Part shown: positions 1 through 11,029 of the stretch, in pieces
How positions within the stretch are numbered: the stretch's first letter is position 1
Layout: each line of letters starts with the position of its first letter
Source of the DNA: Leucoraja erinacea
Lineage: Eukaryota
Direction of reading: 5' to 3'
Length of the DNA: 64,000 nt
NCBI RefSeq assembly: GCF_028641065.1
Contig: NC_073405.1
Span: forward strand, 17,422,001 to 17,486,000
The notes under the pieces: generated by a model
Told to the model about the DNA's origin: nothing
The model's input: only the letters and a program-made list of their open reading frames with translations
Database searches by the model: none
Made by a program: the position numbers and the translations under genes

Positions 1-29
1 AAGGCCACATGATACTGGCAAAGAACGTG

Positions 30-990
30 CTTGACCCGAGGCTCCCGATCAACCAGCATATGTCAATAACATTTTATAAGCCGAGGGTATTAATTGTCAT
101 GTGTGCAATCATGATATAGTATGGATTATTTATGCTGATATTCTCGTATCAGTATTGCCACTGTAAAACACCAAGCGCAATTTAGTAAGCACAATGCTCA
201 CAGCACCAGAAGAATAAATACTATCAAATAGTACACTCTCTCGATGTTATCCCCCGGGTGTTGGAATTTTGGCCAAAAACACTCAGTGGAAGAGATCTAC
301 CCTCGAGGCAGAGGATCGGAAGTGTGGCTGCCCTTCCCATGGGCGCCTTGTTTCGGTCCAACCCTTCAACTTTGGACTTGTCAACAATGTGGTTTCAAGA
401 CCCATTGACCCACGAACCAATATTTGGGCATCCGTCTGTGCCAGGGATACTTGTGACAAAAACTCTCGTCTGTGGCAGGGATGCTTGATTCTCACTCTAC
501 CCCTCCCTCTGTCCCCCATCCCGACGAACTTCAAACTCCTTCCTTGCCCACTTTTCTATCCGCTGGGCTGTGACTTACCGCTCCGGATGTCTACACACAC
601 CTCATTCCAATCCTCCCTTCTCCTCCCCCTTGCTCCACCCTTTTCCTGCAAATTCCGCTGTCCCTTTCAATTGAAGGCGGCAGGAATTCACCCATTATTT
701 AAAATTCGGAACTTAATTACTATATGCCGACCGTTTATTGAGCTAACCCCGGGAATGAGTGCTCTTGCAGCTGCGGTGGCGGGTTCTGAGCCGGACTGCA
801 GAGCTGATGGAGAGGGAAAATAATGATCGAGCAATGCAGTATAAAGGTGTCTAGTTCATAGAAGTGGAGAAAATGTAAACGAGAACAAGGCTTCGGCCCA
901 AGAAAGCTGAAACTGAAACACAGAATCAGTGCATTTGGGGGCGAATACTCTACAAACAGAATGACGAGGCCCCGAACAGTGAACAGAGGA
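30..990. repeat. Copy 1 of a diverged ~0.9-kb direct duplication
   Basis: Collinear similarity to 3640-4520 (e.g. GAGGGTATT..GTCATGTGTG, GGAAGTG.GGCTGCCC, CACCCATTATTTAAAAT). Confidence 0.85.
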
Positions 991-997
991 TGACGAA

Positions 998-1301
998 CGG
1001 TCACGTTGGCGCAGCGGTAGAGTTGCTGCCTTACAGCGAATTCAGCGCCGGAGACCCGGGTTCTATCCCGACCACGGGTGCTGTCTGTACGGAGTTTGGA
1101 CGTTCTCCACGTGCCCTACGTGGGGTTTCTCCCACACTCTATAGACGTATATGGTTGTAGGTTAATTGGCTTGGTAAATGTATAAAATGGCCCTAATGGA
1201 TGTAGGATAGTGTTAATGTGCGGGATCGCTGGCCGGCGCGGACTTGGTGGGTCGAAGTGCCTGTTTCCACGCTGTGTCTCCAAACTAAACTAAACTAAAC
1301 T
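998..1301 (+). mobile_element. tRNA-derived SINE (V-SINE/HE1-like)
   Basis: A box TGGCGCAGCGG, B box GGTTCTATCCC, V-core-like body, (CTAAA)n tail. Confidence 0.85.
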
Positions 1302-1314
1302 GATGAGTAGAACC

Positions 1315-3240
1315 AGGATGTTTAGGCACTAAAAAGACTGAAAAAGACTGAAATCACGCAGGCAAAAGGGCTAAATAAAATTACAAAAAAGGCACGGAAA
1401 GGCATGTATTTCCACCACCAAAATATGGTTGAAAATGATAATATAGTTATACTACATTAAACGACCAAAGTGGTTGCAGATATTTACTAGCATTTTTTTT
1501 TCAAATTATCTGGTATTAAATTATGCCGTCTGTCAGACAGAATATGCTTCAGTTGTGAAAAACCTATTTGTACCTCAGCTGAAGTCATGGTGCATACCCG
1601 AAACAAGCTACAGACTCTATATTCATGTCATTATCTTGTGCATTACAACTACCTTTGAGAACTTCAGATATTTTTTTGTATTTCTTCAAGATCTTTGTTA
1701 ACTAAAATCACTCTCTCACATTTTCCTTGCATATCTTTACCTGCATCGCCAGGAACTTTACGAATATCGTCAGTTACTTTGTTGAATACCTGCAAGTTAT
1801 TCACTAATGCTTTGCCACGTTTCTCAAGGGAAGTGATAGCTTGTGAGAAGTTTGCAAAATTGGAAGCAATAAACACAAGGTCGCGGTGGAGGATTTTTTT
1901 CCTGCATGATTTCACTGACGATCCTGACTGCAGCAGATTCTTCTTCTTCAAAACAGTTGATGATTTATTTGATCATTTCAAAATTTGCAGCATAGTGGAG
2001 TACAGCAGAGAGCCAAGTACCCCACCTAGGCAAAACGGGCTGAATCTTGGGTGCCATTTCCTTGAGCAACTGCACACGTGACGGCGCTTTAAGGAAGATT
2101 TTCTTGACATTAGAAACTAGGCGATCGACATTTGGAAATAGGCTACCTATGTGCTTGGCAATTCTATGAAGTCCTTGAGCTAATAATGTCAAATGCAACA
2201 TTTTGGACAATGAAACTTTAAGAGTACGAGCACCTTTTTTTTCATGTATGGAGCTGCATCAGTCACAAACAGAAGAACATTCTCGTGTTTTATACCTTCT
2301 GGCCAAAGTACAGCAAGTGAAGATGTAAACAACTGAGCAATATTTGAGCTGTTTGACTTCTCCAATACCTCCGATGTCAACAAATACTCGTTTGATGGTT
2401 GACCTGCCTCCATTGTACCGATGACCGCATTGGCAACATATCTCCCCACAGCATCAGTTGTCTCGTCTATTGAGATCCATATTTTGTCGCATGCAACTTC
2501 ATCTCTAATTTTCTGCACAACAATGTTGAAGTTGCTGTCAACATAATTTTTCCGTAATGATGACTGGCTTGGTATAGAAACATAGAAAATAGGTGCAGGA
2601 GTAGACCATTCGGTCCTTCGAGCCTGCACAGCCATTCAATATGATCGTGGCTGATCATCCAACTCAGTATCCCGTACCTGCCTTCTCTCCATACCCCCTG
2701 ATCCCCTTAGCCACAAGGGCCACATCTAACTCCCTCTTAAATATAGCCAATGAACTGGCCTCAATTCCCTTCTGTGGCAGAGAATTCCAGAGATTCACCT
2801 CTCTGTGTGAAAAATGTCTTTCTCATCTCGGTCCTAAACGACTTCCCCCTTATGCTTAAACTGTGACCCCTTGTTCTGGACTTCCCCAACATCGGGAACA
2901 ATCTTCCTGTATCTAGCCAGTCCAACCCTTTAAGAATTTTGTACGTTTCTATAAGATCCCACCTCAATCTTCTACTTTCTGGCGAGTACAAGCCGAGTCT
3001 ATCCAGTCTTTCTTCATATGAAAGTCCTGACATCACAGGAATCAGTCTATGTTCCTCTGTGTATTTCTCTAAAAAAACCTCTGAGAAATTCTAGCATCAA
3101 TGAATGCCTTGCACAGATCACTCGAAAAGTCAGATGTGCAACTGGAGCCTGCAGTAAATGTAGTGAGGAGACCAGCTTGGGTCTTTCACTTGGGCAGTGT
3201 ACATCTCAGCGTATCAGCATTGACTTCTGTAATTTTAGAT
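1315..3240 (-). mobile_element. Decayed hAT-related (CGGBP1/DUF659-like) DNA transposase, interrupted by CR1
   Basis: Frameshifted fragments with [30 protein letters not shown] and PRWGTW; boundaries approximate. Confidence 0.75.
2574..3050 (-). mobile_element. CR1 LINE 3' fragment
   Basis: ORF2 C-terminus (LSYEERLDRLGL..DLIETYKIL..RTRGHS) and TTTCTATG repeat tail. Confidence 0.9.
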
Positions 3241-3639
3241 AGCCCTTGTCTTCTCCCTCCCCCTCCCCATCTCTCCTTCTAGTCCTACTGTTTCTGCCTT
3301 TTACTTTCTCCCCCCCCCCCCCTCCCCCCCCCCCCCCCCCCCCCCCCCCACATCAGGTTGAAGAAGGGTCTCGACCCGAAACGTCGCCTATTCCTTCTCT
3401 CCATAGATACTGCCTCACCCGCATTCTCCAGGACTTTTTTTTGTCTACCTTCGATTTTTCCAACATCTGTATTTCTTTCTTAAATAGATCTTGGAGAAGA
3501 CTGAACCAGCAGGCAGCGGCATTGTTGCGAAAAATAAAGATGTTGGCCAGGTAGACTTGTTTGCTGGAGTTCTGTCTCCTGAGAATTAGCATCGCTACGT
3601 TGAAGATAAGGGCTATCTAAAATTCACAAGAATTTTCCG

Positions 3640-4520
3640 CTTGACCTGAGGGGACACAAACTCGCGAAATGCGTGCACGTGTAAAAACATATATACAAGG
3701 AGGGTATTGTCATGTGTGTAACCATGATATATGATGGATAATTTATGCAGACATTCCCTTCCCAACAGACTCGGTAAATCTCCAAGCACAGTTCAGTAAG
3801 CCCAATGTTCAGAGCAATAACAATTATCAAATCGTACACCAGCTCTATTTTATCTCCAGTGTGTTGATAAAAGCATTGGCCAAAATTTCACAATGGATGA
3901 AATCTAAACCCGAGGGCAGGAAGTGCGGCTGCCCCTTCCCATGGGGTGTCTTGCTTCGGTACAAACTTTCAACTTTGGACCCGGCTACAATGTGGTTTCA
4001 TGGGCCCAGGAACCAATATTCGGCCTCGCGAGTGTTGACGATTGAGGTAGGAGGGTTGTGAGAAAGAGGGGAGGAGAAGATCATCCGTCTGAATCTCAGT
4101 CTATCCCTCCTCCCTCGGTCCCCGATCCCTACGGATTTCCAACTCCCTCCTTGCCCACCTTTCCATCCGCCGGGCTGTGACTTACTCCTCAGCTTGTCTC
4201 CCCACTCTTCCTCCTTCCCATCCTCCCTTCCCCTCTCAATTCTTCCATCCTTCTCCCGTCAATTCCGCCGCCGCGTTCAATAAGGCAGAAGGCACCCATT
4301 ATTTAAAATGCGGAACGGAATTGATATATGCCGACCGCCCCCAGAGAGAAATACTCTCCCAGCTGCGGTGGTGGTGCTCTGTCTACTTCGTGGGAGTAGA
4401 GAAAATTTAAACGAGAACAAGTCGTCAGCTCAAGAAAGCTGAAACTGGAACTGAAACCGAGAAGCAGTGCGTTTGGGGGCGGGTGCATTGCAAAGGAAAT
4501 GATGAAGGCCCGCTCACCCT
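3640..4520. repeat. Copy 2 of a diverged ~0.9-kb direct duplication
   Basis: See 30-990. Confidence 0.85.
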
Positions 4521-5183
4521 GTCACATACCAGAGGCTGCAGCCTCGGCATCAGGTGACCCCCAACAACGGATTCAATTTAACTTCTGTGCTGCACCGTCT
4601 GTGTTCTACATGCTACGTAAACTCTTTCCATGTTTTTAATTATTCAGTCCCCCTCCACTTTACATTGCAGCCTCTAAACTGCAAACGATTATCCTGGCCA
4701 TAACAGAGAGAGAAAGGGGATGTGTAACGTGAAGCTCAGGGAACATCATCTCACCTTCTGACTTAATTCAGTACTTAGCCTACATTGTAACCGCTTCAAA
4801 TAACCAACCATTGTAGTTTGTGTCTGAATTGGTCAATTCTGGTGAAAGGTCATTGCCCGCAATGTAACTTCAGTTTTAAAGTTCTCCGCAGGTGCGGGCT
4901 GACCACCTGAATATTCCCAGCAATTGTTAAATGTACTTTATTTATTATCTTTCCCAAATATTAAATGTCTTGTTTTAATCTTATCATCACTGCCTTCCAA
5001 TTACCCTGTCCCTATTCTTCCCAGCACCCCAGCAATGGAACTTCCCGCCGCTCCTCCCTGATACCCCATGTCCGAAGCTGCAGCAGAGAGACGAGTCTCC
5101 ACCCTCCTCCCACCTAGAGTCAGAATGGGAAGAGATCCCAAGATAACGAGACACACACGTAAATCATTTCTGCATTGATCATC

Positions 5184-5189
5184 TTTATT
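5184..5189 (-). terminator. polyadenylation signal, IgL cluster 1
   Basis: AATAAA about 330 nt after the C stop, conserved in cluster 2 (34072-34077); a second AATAAA at 5248-5253 is not conserved. Confidence 0.7.
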
Positions 5190-5515
5190 GGTAGTTTGAC
5201 GTCGTTACAGATGGTCAGTCTGATACTGATGAAGATTTACAAACACTTTTATTAATCAGATCTATGCCTGATGCCTGAGAAAACAATGTTGATCAGGCCA
5301 AGTTACTGACCACTTTAACCCGTGTCGCCTAACGGTGAAAGAAACAGAACAACAATCAACTCGAGTACAAATGTTTCAATAACACGGTGGAAACAGGAGA
5401 ACGCGGATCGGAAACAGGTAATACAGAGAACAGCGGGCGCACACAGTGGGAGGAAGATGAGAGGCAGTGACCTCCCAGTAATCCGGGAGCAAACACGCCC
5501 GGAGCCGCGCTCACT

Positions 5516-5838
5516 TTAACAGCTGGATTGTGTGATTGTGGCGGATATTTTCGAGGCTGCTCCTTGCTGAACTGTGCAGGAGTACAACTTCCCACTGCTC
5601 CAGTCTGCGCCGAGCACCGCCAGATAGCTGCTGAGACTGAAGGTGTTGTCCGTGTCCCGCCTCACCGCGCTGGTTTGCACCTCACTGCTCGGCGGACTCC
5701 CGTCCACTGTCCAGCTGACGGCGGGGAAGCCCGCGGACAGTTTACTGACCAGGCAAACTAAGGTGCCCGCTCCTTTAGCGGACATCTCCTCGTCTGACGG
5801 CCCCAGCAGTTTCACTGAAGGATCTGGGAGCTGCGAAG
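5516..5838 (-). CDS. IgL constant exon, cluster 1
   Basis: TTGCAG acceptor in phase with J; C1-set motifs (TLVCLV, W, FSLSSYL, YSCTV); terminal Cys then TAA. Confidence 0.95.
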
Positions 5839-7096
5839 CTGCAATGGGAACAATAGAAGACATGTTTCAGGGGACGGAAGAGCTCGGTCATCTCAGCGTT
5901 TGACAGTTGCAGCTTCCTCTAGTGGGGACCCGAGTCTCACTGAGGGACGGAGCGGTGCCCACGGAGGTCGCCCCATGGATGTCCACACTGGGGAACGAGA
6001 AATGTGAGGCCAAGTTCCTGTTTTAGGGCCCTGCTAATAACTCGCTGGTTCACTGCATCAGCCACTCGGTGACCCCTCGCCCTGGGACCAACTAGTGCCG
6101 GTGGGGAATCGACTCCAACTGGTGGGGCGACCCCGGGTCACTTCAATGTGCCCACTCACGGAGCCACTAGCTACACGTTCCTCCTCTTCCCTTCGCCCCA
6201 CCCCATCCATCACTGATGTCCCCGCTGTGCCCCCCACAGCTGCCCGGAGAATAAACACATCTCAAACTCTGCACCGCCCCAGAGGGCGAGGACAGCTGAG
6301 CTTCACGGAGCTGCGACGGTGCCGAGGGATTCGGGTCCCATTCACTGTGGGGGGGGGGGGGGGGGGGGGGGGCAGGTGCGATTCTCCCCAGACCCGGAGC
6401 TGCGACCTCAGTCGCTGCAGAGACGGCAATCGCTGAGCGGCGGTGAAGGGGAGAGATGGCAGGAGAGAGGAGGCAAGGACTGGGGAACTGGGTGAGGGGC
6501 TTTTATTGGGCAGGAGAGTTCGTCGTCACCGGGAGGATTGGAGTTTCCGTGAAATTCCGGGGGAGATTCCGCTGTGGGATCCTCATGCAATAGTGAAACG
6601 TATAGTTCCACTGCCTCAACAACCCCGGGCTGTCTCCAGTCGCCAATGTCCTCTCCCCACTGTGACACCGGGCTCCACTTTAGGAAGCTGGGGCCCCTCA
6701 CATTCAATTGGATCAAACCGGCACAAAGCGGATGAACTAACGGGAGTAACACCGCGCAAACTCAGAGATGAAGTTAGTCTCCGAAACACAATATTCACAA
6801 GCACATGCAGAGACAGAGCAACAACACCACACAAAGAAGTGATTAACCGAGAGTGTACCTTTGTGAAATATCAAACAAGCTTCACGAAATAGAGAATGTG
6901 GTCATTAAAATACAGTAACAATTCACTGAACACAACTATATTTATTGGAACTGGTGCTGGACACAGAACTTAAATGGATTGAAAAATAAAAATTCTCGAT
7001 AAAATTAGCCAGGTAATAATAAAGGTTAAAGAATTAGTTGCCAACTGACCGTATTCTCGCGGTTAGTAATTGCGGGATGATTTCCCAGACACTTAC

Positions 7097-7134
7097 CTGT
7101 AACAAAGAGCTTGGTCCCTGGGCCGAACATGCCC
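7097..7134 (-). CDS. IgL J segment, cluster 1 (GMFGPGTKLFVT)
   Basis: FGxG motif; 38 nt; phase-1 GTAAGT donor; abuts the heptamer. Confidence 0.95.
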
Positions 7135-7172
7135 CACAGTGTGTGGTTCCGGCTTCAGCCCTGACAGTTATC
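7135..7172 (-). promoter_or_regulatory. J1 RSS (perfect heptamer, degenerate nonamer at 22 bp)
   Basis: Heptamer at 7135-7141; the best nonamer near 23 bp is ACAGTTATC (7164-7172, 5/9 match). Confidence 0.7.
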
Positions 7173-7488
7173 CCGGGCCCTGGAATCAGACAGAAAACAC
7201 GGGCAGACGCTCCAGTTTCCGCATGAAAGTCGACTTCACACATCCCGAGTGTCCCTGCCGGTGTGGGTTGGGGAAGGGATGAACTCACAGCCGCATCGCC
7301 AGGCTTGACATTAAACGGCATCGAATCCCGGCAGTGGGCGGTGGGACTCTGAAACTTCAAAAAAAAAGAAATATTGAAATTGGAAAATACTGTATAAAGG
7401 ACAAAATTAAAGCGACTTTGTGAAGAATGAAAGATTAGAATGTTTTCATTGATTAAAAGATGTAAAGTGCATCATGTTTGTTGCCTCC

Positions 7489-7516
7489 AGTTTTTGTTTT
7501 ACCTTCTCTCACTGTG
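7489..7516 (-). promoter_or_regulatory. V1 recombination signal sequence, 12-bp spacer
   Basis: CACAGTG + 12 nt + ACAAAAACT on the minus strand. Confidence 0.95.
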
Positions 7517-7840
7517 TGTAAGTACTGCTCGCTGGAAACCACTTCATACAGTAATAGACGGCAGCGTCATTCACCTCCGCCTTGCTTATGATCAACTGGT
7601 AAACGGTGGCGGCGCCGTTGGCTTTCGAAGTGAAACGGTCGCTGCTAAACCCAGACCCATAGGTCGGGACGTTGTTTCCGTGATAATACCGGAGGATCCA
7701 TTGAGGAGTTGTTCCCGGTATCTGTTTGTACCAATAAGAGTATCCGTTATCCTTTATTCCGACATTGCAGTCCAGCGTGGCCGTGTCCCCTGGATTCACC
7801 GACACGGTCGCAGGTTGGATTACGGTCTGACTCTCCCCAG
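7517..7840 (-). CDS. IgL sigma-type V segment, cluster 1 (germline, unjoined)
   Basis: TTTACAG acceptor; Ig V motifs C, WYKQ and DAAVYYC; short CDR1 and long CDR2 with the YGSGFSSDRF motif typical of sigma (teleost L2 / Xenopus sigma) V domains; ends at an RSS heptamer. Confidence 0.93.
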
Positions 7841-7936
7841 CTGTAAAGTAGAAGGAATTCAATTTTAACTATTGACTCTTTAATGTGACCCCCCAGAGCC
7901 CACATCACACCCGCTGACTTGCAGCCCTGTACTTAC

Positions 7937-7982
7937 AGCTCAGCCACAGTGCCAGGGACCAGATAAAGCACAGCGTTTGCAT
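7937..7982 (-). CDS. IgL cluster 1 leader exon (MQTLCFIWSLALWLS)
   Basis: ATG at 7982; hydrophobic 15-codon exon of 46 nt, phase 1; GTAAGT donor; a 96-bp intron leads to the V exon. Confidence 0.93.
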
Positions 7983-8063
7983 CGTTACTGCCCTCGGTTT
8001 CCTGCCTCACTCCAGCCGCTGTATCTGCGACAAGACTGTGGACGCCGCTGCCGATGGAACCCA

Positions 8064-8109
8064 CTTATACCATTCACACAGGAAGCAAATGCGTGCAAAT
8101 CAGGGCGGG
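8064..8109 (-). promoter_or_regulatory. V1 promoter: GC box, octamer variant ATTTGCAC, TATAAG
   Basis: ATTTGCAC at 8093-8100 and TATAAG at 8064-8069, upstream of the leader ATG; same layout in cluster 2. Confidence 0.75.
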
Positions 8110-8619
8110 TCACAGTGAGCGACCGGAGCGCGGATCTGAAACCCTCCCATTCGCCATCAGACACGGTCGGGTTGAGGCGGTGACACTGTCAGCCACTGGC
8201 TGGTCTGTTAAACACAACCCGTGAATGAGCAGATCGTCTGTTGTCTGATATTCCCCAGGTTCTCCCTCCATCCCCCTGAGTCAGTGGTTGCAACAATCCA
8301 TTCCTCAGTCCAGCGATGCCTCTCACACCTGCAGTCACAACAGGGTGGGACAGTGCAGTCTTCCTGTCCCACATCAATAATCCAGACACAAGAGACTGTA
8401 GATGCTGGATTCTTGAGCAAAAATGAAACTCTCGCTAGATCTCAGCGGGTCCGACAGCGTCTATAGAGGGAAAACCCTCTTGACCAGAAACGTTGTCTGT
8501 CTTTGTCTATTCGCTCCACAGTCGCTGAATTCCTTCAGGAGTCCATTTTGTTACTCAATAATTTAGACATCGAGTTAAACCCATCCTTACTGATGATGTA
8601 GTGTATTCAATTCAATTTG

Positions 8620-10040
8620 AGGACACGACATTGGGTTGGTGGTAGGACGCAGGGGATGGTTTTGAAGGATTGTTTCCCAAATGGGAGTTCTGTGACTAGT
8701 GGTGTGGCACAGGGCTGGTACTGCTCCACTGCAGCTTGCCACATTAATTCATGATGATGGGGATTCTCCCTCCATTTCCCTGATTCAGTTGTTCCCGCAC
8801 CTCATCTCTCAGTCCAGAGATGCCCCTTACACCTCCAGTCACAACAGTGTGCGACAGAGCAGGCTTCAGATACAATAGATTGAAGATACTGCCACATTAA
8901 ATCATGATGGGGAGGAAAATAGGTGTCATTATTACTACGTTTCTGGAAGGCATCAAAATTGGTGGGAGAGTAGGCAGTGAGGAATGCTGTCTAACCTTAC
9001 AACAGGATATTGATCAACTGGGAACGTGGCAATGTAATGGTAAATGGATTTTACTCATACAAGTGCAAAGTGATTCAGTTTGAAGCATCAAGCAGGCAAG
9101 GACATAATAATGAATGGCAGGACCCTGGGTAGTATTGCTGAAAATAAAACATTGGGGTAGATGTATATAGTTCCCCGAAGGTACCAACACGGGTTTACAA
9201 GATGGTGATGAAGGCTTGTGGCTTGCTGTTGCTTAAAAGATTTGGAAGGTTATGTCATGGTTGTACAAAATATTAGTTAGACTGCACGTGGAGTATTGCT
9301 GAGGCTCTATGAAGCACTGGTCATGTTGCATTTGGAGTACTGTGAGCAGATTTGGACCCCATATCTGAGCAAGGATGTGCTGGCAATGGAGAGAGTCCAG
9401 AGGAGGTTTACAAGAATGATTCCAGGATTGAGTGGGTTAGGATATGATGAAGTTTAGAGGTTTGAGGGCGGACCTCATTGAAACTTACAGAATAATGAAA
9501 GGCATAGAAAGAGTGGCTGTGGAAGATGTTTCCACTGGTGGGAGAGTCTAGGACCAGAGGTCGTAGCTTCAGAATTAAAAGGCGCTCTTTTAAAAAGGAG
9601 TTGAGGAGGAACTTCTTTAGTCAGAGGGTAGTTAATCTATGGAACTTACTGCCATAGAGGGCTGTGGGAGGCAAGTTAGAGGATATTTTTAAAGCAGAGA
9701 TAGACAAGTTCTTGATTAGAACAGGTATCAAGGGTTATGGGGACAAGGCAGGAAAATGGAATTAGGTGCCAGAGATCAGCCATGATTGAATGGTGGAGTA
9801 GACTCAATGGGCCAAATGGCCTAATTTTACTATAACTTGTGAACTTGTATGCAGTTCCCATCGCTGTGCTGTGGGAAGGATGGGATTAAACCAGAGAGGA
9901 TCCAAAGAAGATCCACAAAGATGTAACTTGGATTGGAGGGCTTGAGTTAAGAGGAAGATGTGGATAAGATGAGACTTTTTCCCATAAATGAAATAAACTC
10001 AGGGGTGACCTGATAGAGGTTTATAGCATTATTTAAGATA
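8620..10040 (+). mobile_element. Nested CR1 LINE fragments
   Basis: Old reverse-transcriptase-region fragment with a younger 3' end at about 9290-9850. Confidence 0.75.
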
Positions 10041-10388
10041 GATAGTAGTCACAGTGACACCACTTCCTCCATTTGTGGGAGAAAATCTACCATATGTACC
10101 TGGACTTTCTCTATCTCCAATCCCATCTGTGCCCTCTGCAGTGACCCAGCAACACTGCCATTGCCCGTGACAAACAATGGAAGACCCTCGCCCATCACAT
10201 TCTCCAGGTATCTCTGGATGGACAGCAATTGTCAGTTCTGCCAGTGACAGCCACATTCAAAAGTGTGGAAATCAGAAGTTGACCAGTTTCTGTGTCTGAG
10301 GCAAAGCGTTGAGTAAATGTACTACTGGAAGCAGAGTCCCACTGAGTTTACACTAGTATTTGTCTTCAATAAAGACCCAGGAATTAAA

Positions 10389-10528
10389 GGGTTATCAGTC
10401 TGAAGAAGGGGTTTTGGCTCGAAACGTTGCCTATTTCCTTTGCTCCATAGATGCTGCTGCACCCGCTGAGTTTCTCCAGCATTTTTGTTTACTTCGATTT
10501 TCCAGCATCTGAAGTTCCTTCTTGAACA
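10389..10528 (+). mobile_element. Short Penelope-derived element with hammerhead-like core
   Basis: CTGAAGA..GAAACGTT; flanked by the 11-bp duplication CAGGAATTAAA. Confidence 0.7.
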
Positions 10529-11029
10529 CAGGAATTAAATAAGTTCATTGTGGGTAAGTAAGTCAATAGGTAATTGAATAGTGATGGTATATTGTGTGTA
10601 TCCCATACAGTACGTGAATTTATACCGTACGTGTGTGGGTCGTATTTGTAAATCTACCCTTGGATATGGGGACTATGTTTAACCTGCTCCAGCGCTGAAA
10701 TAACTGCCTATTTTATTTTACACACGCAATTAGATGTACTTACATATATATATTCATAGTTACGTTATTTTCTTAAGAGGAAAGATGTAGATCTGCTTTA
10801 CTTATATGTTAACCAATACTAACACACAAATGCTACACACCACTATTATCTATAATCCAGTCCGGCTTGTTATCATACTGGCACCATTCATACTAACGCT
10901 CCTGACACAAGCTGCCAGTCGTGATGCAGACACAGTGATGCCAACATGCTGTGTAACTTTCTTATATGCCAATAAACTTGTTGGATCTTCACTTTGAGTA
11001 TGTGTCAGTTGCTCTACAGATATCCACCT

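Noticed and set aside
258-823. 184-aa ORF in the first duplicated unit
   Set aside because: Non-ATG start, and the frame is not preserved in the second copy.
998-1080. Functional tRNA genes (also 35771 and 47090)
   Set aside because: A/B boxes run into SINE bodies or lack a complete cloverleaf.
7517-7840. Lambda, kappa, TCR or germline-joined VJ assignment
   Set aside because: V and J are separate with a 12-bp V spacer (not lambda-type), the long CDR2 with YGSGFS fits sigma rather than kappa, and C ends in Cys-stop with no transmembrane exon. Sigma versus sigma-cart should still be confirmed by phylogeny.
7509-7862. ORF-track starts for V and C (MNSFYFT..., MSSIVP...)
   Set aside because: These N-termini are translated intron; the true exons begin at the AG acceptors.
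8111-8117. Isolated CACAGTG heptamers (8111, 7945, 6343, about 17273, about 6658)
   Set aside because: No plausible nonamer at 12 or 23 bp where I checked, and no adjacent V, D or J coding segment.
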